A DNA stretch of 64,000 nucleotides, taken from Blepharisma stoltei ATCC 30299. Its lineage: Eukaryota > Protista > Ciliophora. The position numbers and the translations under genes were made by a program. Below are positions 40,501 to 53,535 of this stretch, one piece after another (within the stretch, counting starts at the first letter, position 1; the number at the start of each line of letters is the position of its first letter). The stretch spans positions 124,001 through 188,000 of the forward strand of contig CBFDEM010000060.1 in NCBI GenBank assembly GCA_965603825.1, read 5' to 3'. The notes beneath the pieces are model-generated. The model was not told the DNA's origin. It searched no databases and saw only the letters and a program-made list of their open reading frames with translations.

Positions 40501-42731
40501 CTTTCCATGAGACATAATTGCGATTCTATCTGCTAAAACGTCAGCGCTTCTTCCATATAGTGGGTTGTTAGGATGATGATCCTATTATTTTTGTTGTTTT
40601 TGAGCATATCCCACATCTGTCTTCTTGCAGTTAAATCCATTCCAGAAGTAGGCTCGTCTAGTAGCACAATAGGAGAATCAGCTATTAAAGCCATTGCAAG
40701 GGATAATTTTCTTTTCATACCCCCTGACAAAAATTTAGTCCTTTTATCTTTTTTGGCTGTTAAGTCTACTTCTGATAACTTTTCTTTGATTTGCTTGTAG
40801 ATTTCTTCTTTGTCTTGCATTCCTTTGAAAATAGCGAAAAGATATAAATGCTCTTCAGGTGTTAAGTCATTGAATAAAACATTGTGCTGAGGGCAAACTC
40901 CAAGAGACCTTCTTAATTGATTGAGATGAGTTGATAAGTACATATCATTCAGCTTCATATCTCCATATGTTGTTGGTATAAGTCCGCACATCATTGAGAT
41001 CGTTGTAGTTTTTCCTGCACCATTATGCCCTAATAAAGCAAAAATCTGCCCATTATATATATCTAAGCTTATATCCTCAACTGCTACTTTATTGCCAAAA
41101 ACTTTTTTAAAGTTCCTTATAAGTAAAGCTTTTCCGTTTTCCTTTTGCTTTTCTAAGTCTTGGTCGACCTTCTCTACATTATCTCCCCAATTGATTTCCT
41201 GAGAAAATAAGTCTTCATGTGAATTTACTTTATTTTTCACCCAAAATGATTTTGTTAGTAGAAAATACCATGGCCTTTTAACTCCCCATTCAGTAGGCCA
41301 AACCTGATCAAGATAAATCGCCAAAATTGTAAAAATCCCTGAATCAATAAGCATAAAAGCAATAAAGGTGCCAAATGTATAGTGATAAACCTCATCGCTT
41401 AAATTATCACTTTGAACGCCAACTTGGCCAGTTTCCATCTGCACTAGGACATCAATGCCTAATGCAAGCGCAATATTAGGTAATAAAGATGCAGCAGTCT
41501 TGCTACCTTGATCTAAAGTATGGTCTGTAACAGCGAAACTTATAAAATAAGTTATTAGAAAAGTCATAAGGCCTAGCATTACAGCACTGCGCGATTTAGA
41601 AAAGAACATGCTAATAAATATGCTGAAAGTCATGCAGCTTAGCCCGTATAGCCAAAAAAGAAGAAACATCATTCCTGCATTGCTATATTTAAAAAGCCCT
41701 ATTGAAATAATTGCGCCAACTCCTGCTATTACTGTATATATTGAAAAATAATAAGTGATCCATGACAGCCAATATGCCTTATTGGAGAGTCCCATAATCA
41801 TCATCATTTCTTTGATTTTGTACTCTTTTTCTTGTACAATCAAAGACAGCATTCTGCATACAGGGACAATGTAGGAAATCACTAAGAAAAAAGGAAGAAT
41901 ACCTGAAACTGCTGACATGAAATTATCATCTGTATATTTATCGTAATACATTGGAACAAAACCTGCTGCAATATAAGCATTTGAAGAGGAAAGGTCTTGA
42001 AGGATAATGTTGTCAATATAGTTCATCATATGAACAAAGTTTGAGCCAATATACTGATACTGCAGTCCAGGTTTTGGTTCTCTTCTGTATTTATCAATAT
42101 TTTGATGGTTTAGAAAATCAAAAATGTCCATATAGTCCCCTATACTTTTTCCTCCACTCCCATATGACTCTGTTACATTGAACCTGAAGCTATACTTGAT
42201 ATTTTTGGAGTCTTTGCTATAAAAAACCACTGCGAAAACAATTTTGCTATGCTTCCCATAGCCACTTTCCTCGATATAATCTTCTAAGTCATCCTCAGAA
42301 TCGTAACGCTCAACTACATAAGGGAACCCAGTGTCATTTCCTTCAGCTTTTATTCTATCTGTAAGCTTATTTATGATTGTTTCTGAATAAGGGTCTTTAT
42401 GCTCATTTATAAAGACGATCCTCCATCTTTTATCTTTATGATAGTAATCTCTATAGTAATTGTCATGACCTTTTGGGTAGTCTGGAATTTTGACTATAGG
42501 CTCGAAATACTGACCAAAATAATTGTTTCCATCATAGGAGACAGTCATAGCTGACTTGTGGAGGTAAGAGGATTTCCCATGATCTGTATAGCCGACAGCG
42601 GTTCTTATGATCATCAATACAAGGAGCAAGGCTATAGGAAATGCCCATTCACAGATTGACCCGAACAGCTTGCGCTTTCAAAGGATTCAGTTTTTGTACA
42701 ACAGAGCTCGATAGTGCTGCCAAAGAGACAT
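37534..42731 (-). pseudogene. ABCA: ABCA-family transporter, copy 6, frameshifted by a 2-bp duplication (pseudogene/null allele or assembly error)
   Basis: Span 5198 = 5196 + 2. Reads tcagcGCttcttcc at 40541-40554 versus tcagcttcttcc in paralogs, giving HYMEEALTF-TAG instead of HYMEEADVLAD. Otherwise intact, with 3 TGA. Confidence 0.75.
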
Positions 42732-44117
42732 TTAATTATAAGGATCAGACCATTTTGGAGAACTTTTGAATGTTAAAATGAAAGCAAAGAAGTTATCAAT
42801 TATTTAGAATTTAAGCACCAGTACATTTAGTATCTCCTGAATTTAATAAAATTTTTATTTAGATGTGAATCGGTCCGGCATTGTGGATTTTTTTCTACTT
42901 TTTGTCAAGTTTTTACAATTCCGAAATTCAAAACAATTTTTCCCTTTATTTATATTTTTATAAGGAAAATTTATTATTCCTTAGAGAGAGCGGCTTAATC
43001 TTTGTAAATATAATTAGTCCAGTGCAATTTGAGCCTGGAAACTTTCGAAGTAAAATAACATATTTCCCTTCATGCTTTCTAGATTAAATAATTTTAAAAA
43101 TCTTCGGTAATCAGTAAGGTCTTTACAATATTCATGCTAAATAAATATAAGGAAACCCATTAACTGAAGCATAACCTTAAATAGAAAAATGGACAGACAA
43201 GATCAATTTTTAATGCGCATTACTTTATTTTATTGCACAAATAATTTCATTTATCCTGATCATAATTGCTGATAAATAATTATTAATTTGCCATTTCTGC
43301 GTTCCCAAGAAGCCGAATTGAAATGTGATAATAGATTTAATTAAAGAGAAAAATTTAATAAGAAGTGCTTCTAGAGTTAAATTTTTGGGAGTTATATGTT
43401 TTTTATTAAATATAAAACCATTTTTTAAATTTGGAAATATAAATGAAATTAGGGCTTAAGCCTGCTGTGTGAATTTAGTTATCAAAAATGATAGCAGATA
43501 ATTATTATTTAGTGCTGATAAGCAATTAGCCTTTATCTCAATCAATAATTTCGAAGTTTTAATTTTTTAAGCAAAGAAAAAATTTAGCTGATTAAGTAGC
43601 TAATTCTAAAGTAAATTTTTCAATCCGAAATCACATTTGCCAGTTACTTAAATAAAGAAATAAAAATAAATTTGATGACATTTATTTTAACTTGCCTTCC
43701 ATATATATATATTTATATATATATTCATTGCATGGGCTAACTACTCCACTTTCTATCTAATTGAGACATAATTACTGTTTCGGTTTCAGGAGTAATTTTT
43801 CTGTAATTTCCATAGGAAAATTTATTAATTGTTTCTAAATTTTCCAAAATTATTAATGCAAATATAATATTGTTTGAACAGCTTCTAATTTAAAAGAGAG
43901 CTAGATAGCAATACTTCGTTATAAAAAAGTTGCCATATTAACTGCCACTTTAAAATAGGCTTTGGAGAGAAATTATTTTAAACCTGCTTAATTCATTTTT
44001 TTGATTTGGAATGGGATTATCTTAATGTTTGAGCTCGAATATTCTTTTTGGCCTTCGTTTAAGGAATATTAAATAAATCGTGCAAAAAAATAAATTAATA
44101 CTGATTTATAATTATAC

Positions 44118-47100
44118 TTATGCTCCATGGGCATATCTTCTTACAAGTCCCGCTTGTGCTTCTTCTCCTTTCTTTGCAAAATCATTGAAGATTTGCTCCA
44201 AAGAACTTTGAGACAATGCGTATTCATAAATTTTCAAAGCTTCCTTATTTGTTTCCACAGCTGAGAAAAAGTATCCAATTGATTTTCCTTCTTCCCTTGA
44301 GATCTTGAACTTATAAAGCGATGAGAAATGCTCAATAATTTCCACTTTCTTGAATTCGCTTTTAAGCCACTCATAAATCTTATCACCTAATTCTTCAATA
44401 ATAACCCAGGAGACTAAAGAATCCCTTGATATGTATCCATCTACTTTTAATTGTTGATGTAAAGCAGAGCCAGCTCCTCTTTCGTGAATTTCTTCATAAA
44501 AAGCCTTTGCATTGAGAGTTTCTAAACAAGGCAAAATTTGCTGTTCAGAAATTTGGTTTTCACCCATAAGGATACGATCTAAAACCATTCCTCTATCATT
44601 TACTTCAAAATGGCTAGGAACTTCAACTTTGGCTTCAAATTCATAGCGGTCACCAAATTTGCTTTTTATCCATGTAGCTGTGCCTAGGCATCTGAGTCTT
44701 CCTGCAACCATAATTGACATACGATCGCTTAAAGCTTCAGCTTCTTCCATAGAATGAGTTGTCAAAATAACCGAAGAGTTCTTTTTCTTGAGATTTCCTA
44801 TGACTTTCCACATTTTCTTTCTGGTTTCTGGGTCCATTCCTGCTGAAGGTTCATCTAAGAAAACTACTCTTGGATTCCCAATTAGCGCAATCGCAACTGA
44901 TAATTTTCTTTTATTGCCCCCTGAATAGGTCCCTGCTAAAATATCAGCATAAGGTCTTAAATCCATTTGGTCTATCATTTCTTCGACAAGTGCTTCTATT
45001 CTATCTTTAGGAATCCCTTTTATATCTGAATAAAGTCTTAAATGTTCTCGGGTTGTAAGCAATTCAGATATAGCATCAAATTGAGGACAATATCCAATTA
45101 ACTCTCTAGCATGATCCATTTCTGTATTCAAGTTGTGCCCACAGATATAAGCTTCTCCAGTTGTAGGAGCAATTTCTCCAGTCAGCATTTTGAAAGTTGT
45201 AGTTTTTCCAGCTCCATTTACCCCTAAAAATGCAAAACATTCTTGTTGATTAACATTAAAGCTCACATCTTCTACAGCAACAAAAGCTTTATTCATTCCT
45301 TGCCTAAAGATTTTCCTGATGTTTCGTACATTGACTTGAACGTCTTGAGGGTTAACACTCAGAGCGTTTTCTGCTTCCTTTTCTACATCATCATCAGCTT
45401 CATAGTCTGATGGAGCCACATGAGGGGTTTTCCAGAATCTTTGGAGTAATTTTTGATGAGTTTCTACATATTCTTGAACATAAACTAAAAATAGATAAAC
45501 CGGGATCATGATTCCGATCATTAAAATGTCAGCACCAGCCGAATTCAGATCATATATATTGTACACACCATTTTCTCCATCCCAGTTTGAATATGCAGTT
45601 ACACTTCCTATATCTAATAATCCATTTCCATAGCAAAATGCTGGGCTTAGCCTAAATATCCATCTAAGTCCTCGTGCAAGATTTCTAGTAGACTCAAAAT
45701 AATATAGAATCAAAATAATTGCAGGGAGAATTCCTCCAGCAATCACATTGAATAAAATCGTAACCACTTGTGCTGTAGGGTAGGTCTTGAAGAAAAAGCT
45801 TGTAAAATAAGTAAATGGGGCAATAGAAATCCCGTATAAAAGCATTAAAGCCCATAAAGCTGAGTATTCATCATCAGTGTTTGTAAAAGCTGTCACATCA
45901 AAAGCTTTTACCATTAAAGAACAAAACACAGCTGGAAAGATGTGCTTGACTGAATCCCAGAAGAAATTAGCACACCAATAGGATAATCTTGAAACCCCGC
46001 TTATCATGTGCTGGTGTTTAACATTTGTTTCTCGCTCTCTTACAATTAAAGCAATAATACCTGTTGGAATAAAGCTAAATCCCAATGAAAATACAACTGA
46101 AGCTGCAAATCCATCTCCAATGCCTTTCAGGTCTTGAACTTTTTTAGTATATGGAAGAGGGTAGTTATAAACAGTTACTTTCACGCCATATTTGGAAAGA
46201 ATTTGATTTGAAAGGCTGTTGTAATATACTCCAGTTGCTTGAGGAGCTGTTTGGTTGTGGAATATAACAGCTTGATACTGATCATTAGTAGCATCCATAT
46301 TTGTCAAGTAATACGAGCCCATTCTATAATGGTCAGGATCTTCACGAGTGTCAAATAAAAATTGATCAAAACCTTCTAGTGTGCCATTAATATTTAATGT
46401 TTCAGAGCTTTTATATTGTGACCAAGGTCCAACATTGGTTCCAGGTGGCCAATAGTAAATTGTATCTTGAGGATCTGGGTATGAAGATTCTGTTAGCTTC
46501 TTTTTATCAGTAGGCGGAAAGTCACCTCCAATTTTCATAAGTCCAAGTCCAATGATTACCATACAGATAGGCACTAAAATTTCATATACCAAGCTTTTAA
46601 AGTCTCTCTTTGACCAGAAAACTCTCTTTTTCAATAAAGCCCAAAAATGGCGGAATAATAGAGAATCCCTCACCTTATCTCTGGATAAAACAAAATCGAT
46701 TTCAAGCTTAGTTTCATCTATTTTTTCTTTTTCATCGTCTTTTTTAGCGATTTCATTATCGTCTCCTCTTGCAACTCTCAAGAAAACCTCCTCAAGAGTT
46801 GTTACAGACACACCATAAGACCGTAATTGTAAATTTTTCAGATTTTGGTCCAGAGCAGTGAAAAATGCTATAAATTTGTTTGAGCTTGAATTCGGGATTT
46901 GGAATGAAATTTCAGCATGGACGTCACTCATTATAGAAGCTTCAGGAATGTAATCTCTAATAAAATCTGTGACTGATTGCGTATGCGATTTGCTTGCAAC
47001 TCCTACTTCTTTGACGATAGTTAAATAATAGCCAACTCCATATCGTTTTTTTAAGAAAAGAGAGCTGCCAAGACATCTGAGCTTTCCATGTGACATAATT

Positions 47101-49313
47101 GCAATTCTATCAGCTAAAACGTCGGCTTCTTCCATATAGTGGGTTGTTAGGATGATGATCCTATTATTTTTGTTGTTTTTGAGCATATCCCACATCTGTC
47201 TTCTTGCTGTAAGATCCATGCCAGCAGTCGGTTCATCTAATAGTATAATAGGAGAATCAGCTATTAAAGCCATTGCTAAGGATAATTTTCTTTTCATACC
47301 CCCTGATAAAAACTTAGTGCGCTTATCTTTTTTGTCCATTAAATCTACTTCTGATAACTTTTCTTTGATTTGTTTGTAGATTTCTTCCTTATTTTGCATT
47401 CCTTTGAATACGGCGAAAAGATATAAATGCTCTTCAGGAGTTAAGTCATTAAACAGCACATTGTGTTGAGGGCAGACTCCAAGAGATCTTCTCATTTGAT
47501 TGAGATGAGTTGATAAGTACATGTCATTTAGCTTCATATCCCCATATGTAGTTGGTATAAGTCCACACATCATTGAGATCGTTGTTGTTTTTCCTGCACC
47601 ATTATGCCCTAATAATGCAAAAATTTGTCCTTTATAAATATCTAGGCTTATATCTTCAACTGCTACTTTATTGCCGAAAACTTTTTTAAAGTTCCTTATA
47701 AGTAGAGCATTTCCGTTTTCTTTCTGCTTTTCCAAGTCTTCCTCAACTTGCTCTACATTATCTCCCCATTTGATGTCCTGAGTAAATAAATTTTCAAGTG
47801 CGCTCTTTTTGCTTTTAATCCAAAATGACTTAGTAAATAAAAAGTACCAAGGCCTTTTAACTCCCCATTCAGTAGGCCAAACTTGATCAAGATACACTGC
47901 TAAAATTACAAAAATTCCTGAGTCAATTATTAAAAAGTATATACAAGTACCAAAGCTATAGTGGTACACCTCTTCGTCGATATTGTCGCTTTGCACTCCG
48001 ACTTGGCCATTTTCCATCTGCATCAGAACATCACAGCCTAAAGTCATAGCAATATTAGGCAGTAGCGATGAAGCAGTTTTACTTTCTGAATCTAAAGTGT
48101 GATCAGTGACTGCAAAGCTTATGAAGTATGTTATGAGAAAAGCCATAAGACCTAGCATTACAGCGCTTCGGGACTTGGAAAAGAACATACTGATAAAAAT
48201 GCTGAAAGTCATGCAGCTGATCCCATATAGCCAATAAAACAAAAACATGATGCCTGGGTTGCTATATTTAAAAAGGATCATTGAAATAAGGGCTCCAACT
48301 CCTGCTATGATCGTATATACAGAGAAGTAGTAAGTAATCCACGACAGCCAGTAAGCTTTATTGGAAAGCCCCATAATCATCATCATTTCTTTGATTTTAT
48401 ATTCTTTTTCTTGTACTATCATAGACAGCATTCTGCACACAGGCACCAAGTAAGAAATGACAAGGAAAAATGGCAGTGTCCCTGAAATTGCATTGATGAA
48501 GTTGTCTTTAGTGTACTTATCATAGTACATAGGCACAAACCCAGCTGCGAAGTGAGCATTCGAATTGGAGGATAAATCTTGAAGGATGATGTTATCTATA
48601 TAGTTCATCATGTGAATAAAGTTCGAGCCAATATACTGATATTGGAAATCAGGCTTTGGCTCTTTTGTATATTTGTTAATATTTTGATTGTCTAGGAAAT
48701 CAAATATGTCAATTCAATTCCCGAGGCCACTACCATCTGAGCTATATGATTCAGTAGTATTGAACCTGAAGCTATATTTGATATTTTTGGAGTCTTTACT
48801 ATAAAAGACCACTGCGAAACAAATTTTGCTATGCTTTCCGTAGCCACTTTTCTTGATGTAATCTTCTAAGTCATCCTCTGAGTCATAACGATCAACTACA
48901 TAAGGGAATCCTGTGTCGTTTCCTTCAGCTTTTATTCTATCAGTTAGCCTGGTTATGAGAGTTTCTGAATAAGGATCATTGTACTCATTTATAAAGGCTA
49001 TCCTCCATCTTTTATCTTGATCATAGTAATCCCTATAGTAATTTTCATGACCTTTTGGAAAATCTGGAATTTTAACAACAGGGTCGAAATATTGGCCAAA
49101 ATAGTTGTTGCCGTCATAGGAGACCGTCATTGCTGATTTTTCAAGGTAAGAGGATTTTCCATGATCTGTATATTTGATGGCACTTCTTAAAATGGCTAAG
49201 ACCAATAACAAGGCGATCGGAAATAGCCATTCACAAATGGAGCCAAAAATTTTCCGCTTCCATAGGATCCAGTTCTTGTATAGCAGAGCTCGATAGTGTT
49301 GCCAGAGAGACAT
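44118..49313 (-). CDS. ABCA: ABCA-family full transporter, copy 7 (1731 aa)
   Basis: 5196 bp in a single frame, with one TGA at 48714 (GN(W)IDIF; copy 3 has GEWIDIF). Confidence 0.94.
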
Positions 49314-50280
49314 TTATTATGAGGCTATGAGTAGTTTGGAGAATTTTTGAATGTTTTAGGACAAAGATGGATAGATTATTCTTAGAAGTTTTAAGTTTTT
49401 TTTTTTACTTTTAGCTACCTTAAATAAGCAAGCAAAATTTTTTCTATCCTCAACCTTCATAAAATTAACTATTCTTCATTTTAGGACAACATTTGGGTTA
49501 ACTTCTTCAAGACTAAAATCAGGCAAGCTGCATCACAAAAGGCTATTAACCTCGATAATCCATAGACAAGAGCTTTCCTGAGTTTAAGAACATAGATATT
49601 TATTTTTATTCAAAATACCTACTTCATACGTGACTTCTTAATGACAAACTTTTGTATTTCTATCTGCCCTTATATATGCGGCTTTGATGACATTTATGGT
49701 CTTTTGAAAATTCGGCCAGTTTCGAATTTACTGATTATGTTTAGGCTTAGAATTTGCCTTCTTTCAATCGAAACAATATATAGAAGAAGAATAATAAGCA
49801 TTCTATGAAAACAAAAATAACCCTTCTTCAATTTTTAGAGATTGAAGCTAGGGAAAAGCACTTGAATCGGTTACATTTTTAAAGGTCTCTTATGCTTGGT
49901 AAATTTTTCAATATATATTTTTTTAAGGTATATCATATAAAAAACTCTGCTAAGGAGTTTAAACTTTTTTGAAATTCTGCCAAAAAATTATTTTGCAATA
50001 ACTAATATTAATCGAGACTTAATTTAACGGGCCTTACTTTATTTCAATTATTATGATAAGCCAATAAGCAACAACAAAAAAAGAGAAAGCTAGCCCTACT
50101 ACAATTATCTCAATAGGAATTAATATCAATGATATGAGCAAACTAAAATATTAAAATAAAGTTCTACCAATCTCTTTTGAATTTTAACTCTGTTTTTATA
50201 TTAAAATCATCCTAGTTATTCTTAATTAATATATTCTAATCTTTATTTTAAATCTTTCTTGCTCAGCCCTAAAAAAGTTT

Positions 50281-50385
50281 TAAAATCCCAAAAATCAAGT
50301 TTAAGAATATAAGTCTATGACATTAAAGAATTTTTAAAATCCAAAAATTAAGTTTAAGAATATAAGTCTATAAAATTAAAGAATT
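50281..50385. repeat. Two-copy ~53-bp tandem repeat
   Basis: taaaatcc(c)aaaaat(c/t)aagtttaagaatataagtctat(g/a)a(c/a)attaaagaatt occurs twice. Confidence 0.85.
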
Positions 50386-51591
50386 GTAGCTAATATTTTT
50401 GGCTAGGAATTTTGATTAAGTTCAATTTTGCAAATATTTATTAGGATTAAAAGTTTAATGATACTCCCTACATCCTGCAGCTTTAGCTGACGAGCTAAGA
50501 GTACTCATTCCCCCATTTTCTTTGTCAAGGCTCATTATCTATTGGTCCAGATCATATGCAATTGCCAAGATTCTCCGTTTTCAACCAAAGATCGAAATTA
50601 TTCAACCAAGCTTCTTTAGACAGCATCGCCCTTAAATCGGGAGCTTTTAACTAAGGGAATTTCACTCTTGAAATTTACGTCACGGTCTGCCTTCCCCTTT
50701 TTCCATTTCCAATTGAGCAGGCTCTATCAACGGAAATAATACTAGGCACTCTTGCTTCGAGGCTAACTTAAATCTCGGACAGCTCTTTTCACTAAGAATC
50801 CAAATCTGGATGCACACAAAATTTCCCACCAATCGGAGGACGGTTTTCTATTCACCAACTGTTTTATATATATAAAGATTATTTAGAATTGAATACTCTA
50901 TTTATTCAAATAAAAAGGGAAAATGAAAAATTGATAATAATTTTATGACCTGAAAACTAAATACACCTTAGGTTAAGCTTTGCCTAGTATTCCTCTGTGA
51001 GCAAACAAAATATTGCTCTTCCGCAAGCAATAACTATTTAAAATTTAAAAATATCAAAACTAATTTATATAATTTATTCAGGATGAATAGGCCTTAAGCT
51101 GTAAGAATTATCTGAAAATGTAACTATAAAATCATTAATTTATATGCAAATATATAAAAAATTATTTGTGGAGTAAATTTCTGAGAAAATTCTCTTGATG
51201 GGTTTCTTGTTACGGAGAGAGAGTTAATAATCTATTTTTAAAAACTAATATAATTAGGATACTATTAGCTAAATAGCATTATCCAATAGCAGCCCATTAG
51301 TTTGTATTTATTGCTTTCAACTCATTATATACTTCTTTATATAAATTGTTATACCATTATTTATTATCAAATTCAAAATAAATATATCTGAAAAATTCCC
51401 TAAATATCTTTTAATTTATTATCACAATTAATTATAATTCCTTATCACCCTATTATTCCTCAAACTCTTCTAATTTTCTCATCCATCATTCTGATAAGAA
51501 ACTCCAATTTTAAATATCACCTTTTAGTCATTTTTCAGCAAAATTCTTCAATGAATGGTCTACTTTTATCTGAAAAATGGTTATAATTTTT

Positions 51592-53535
51592 ATGCTGAGT
51601 AAGCCTTCTCTTAACGGCGAAGAAATTGAAGAGTTAGAAAAAGAACTCAAGGAAAACCCTAATAATATTGGTGCCTTAAGCGAGCTTGCCCAATGATATG
51701 CGAGTCATGGCGATTACACATCAGCTTGTCAACATTATGAAAAAATTGTCAGGGTTGATGACCAAAATGGTAAAGCCTGGACAGCTTTAGGCCACTGTTA
51801 TTTGCTCAAAGGAGACTACCAGAAATGCTTTACTGTCTATCAGACTGCAATCAGAACTTGTGAAGACAGCAAAGATCCTCAACTTTGGTACGGGATTGGG
51901 CTTCTTTATAGTAAGTTTGATAGTTTTGACCATGCTGAGTCAGCTTTTCAGTCAGTATTGAGATATGACTCGAATTTTGACCAAAAGCATGAAGTTTTGT
52001 ATAGACTTGGGATTATTTATAAGCACAAAAAAGAATATTCGACAGCTATTAATCATTTCAGAAATGCAATATATTGTGAGAAAATTACGTCAGCAAAAAA
52101 AATTGATGCAATGTGCCACATAGGAAGCTGTCTCGAGCATGAAAATAAATTTGATGACGCTGTACAAATTTATAAAGAAGCGTTAGAGTTAGACCAAAAT
52201 AGCTTTAAGACAAGAGAGTATCTTGGATTTGCATTGATGAATCAGAAGTTATATGAAGAAGCGCTAGAAATATTGACACAGGCATTGGAGTTTTCTAAAG
52301 AAAATTGTCTGGAAACTGGAGATATTTATTACCTTATAGGAAGATGCCACTTGGAGATGAAAGATTTTGTTTCTGGCCAAGAAGCATTTCAGAAGGCTAT
52401 ATATAAAAATCCAAGCGTGTATATATATTGGACAAGTATCGGGATTTTATATGCATTAGCAAATCAACCCCAAGATGCTTTCGAATGTTTTGTAAAAGCC
52501 TCAAATATCAATCAAGACAGTGGAGACGTCTGGTTTAATATGGGAATTCTATATGAGCAATGCAAACAAAAGCAAGAAGCGTGCTTAGCTTATCAGCGAT
52601 CCTACACACTAAATGTCGCAAACACACATGCTATGGAAAGAAAATTAAAATTGCAATCAGAAGAGGACTATGAAAATATTCCAAATTTTATTCATTCGAA
52701 TTTTGAAATTTCTGAAGTGCCGTTTTCTGCAAAGAAAAATGATAAATTAACCAAAAATATTAAAACACTGCCGGATATTACGAAATTTGATGCGAAAATT
52801 GACATTGATCCTGGACAGATGAAAAACGAAGAAGTGATTGATGATCAATTATTAAAAAATCAAGGAAGCGAGGACGAAAAAAGAGATCAAGAAAGCATCC
52901 CAAAAATAAATGCGTCAGAATCAATTATTAAGCCCGAACCACAAAATCTTCAACCTTCTCCTCAAAAGTCAGGGTTCTCAATGCTACCAGCCACTAATGG
53001 CATCTCCGAAAATTTTCCAAGAGTTTCAATTTCTCAACCAATTAAAATGCCTCAGCAAACTGAAATAAAGCCATCCTTATTTCAGCCAGCTCCTCCAGAA
53101 GCTCAAACCCCCTTAATGCCTTCAACTCTCCCATTCCAAAACCCTTCAAATTATCAATATCCCGTTTCACATGAAATTCCCTCAGTTCCTCCTCAATACC
53201 CAAGGCCCGCACAAGCATCCCCTATGCTTCAAAATCAAATGAAGATTCCTTATAATCAGCTTAATCAATATCAACTAGCAGCTATACAAAATTTAATGAT
53301 GAACCCAATGCTTGCAGCCCAAATGATGTATGCTATGAACTCCATTTCAGTCATGAACAATATGAAATACATGCCAAATCAACAGCAGAAGCCAAAAACT
53401 GAAGAGCCTCCAAAAGTGAATCAAGAAGAAGAGCTCGCCAAAGCTTTGGCGAATTTAAATGAAGTTGAGGATACAAAAAAACAAAAAAGGAAGCTTTCAT
53501 CTGATGACACAGCAACAAAAAAGAGGAAAAGGTAA
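51592..53535 (+). CDS. Ssn6/Cyc8-like TPR transcriptional co-repressor with P/Q/M-rich tail and basic C-terminal NLS
   Basis: TPRs with DPQLWYGIGLLY..FDHAESAFQSVL..EVLYRLGIIYKH, resembling Ssn6/UTX TPRs. The frame extends upstream through one TGA to ATG 51592 (alternative in-frame ATG at 51577). Ends KKRKR-TAA. Confidence 0.82.

Noticed and set aside
29677-43087. Short AT-rich spacer ORFs (29677, 30630, 35889, 37002, 37055, 42881)
   Set aside because: Low-complexity I/K/F/N-rich translations, mostly with non-ATG starts and no motifs
43701-43725. (AT)n run as a functional palindrome or telomere-related site
   Set aside because: Simple microsatellite, and no C4A2-type telomeric repeats were seen in the window
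6899-47379. Recurrent + strand ORFs (MILLFLLFLSISHICLLAVKS..., MITVSPIRIRSK...)
   Set aside because: Antisense shadows of the conserved NBD coding sequence, repeated because the host genes are repeated
3868-49313. Fragmented ABCA ORFs as multiple pseudogenes or a bacterial-style multi-gene ABC operon
   Set aside because: Fragments are in one frame and broken only by TGA, mostly at conserved Trp sites. Only copies 2 and 6 have real interruptions.
49685-49734. TGATGA...CTGA pair as a C/D-box snoRNA
   Set aside because: Only about 50 nt, no terminal stem, no recognisable rRNA guide, and expected by chance
50281-50385. 53-bp repeat as a CRISPR array
   Set aside because: Two adjacent copies, no spacers, eukaryotic context, no cas genes
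50805-50832. GGTGGGAAATTTTGTG on the minus strand resembling RNase P/MRP CR-I
   Set aside because: No matching CR-V/P4 complement found downstream
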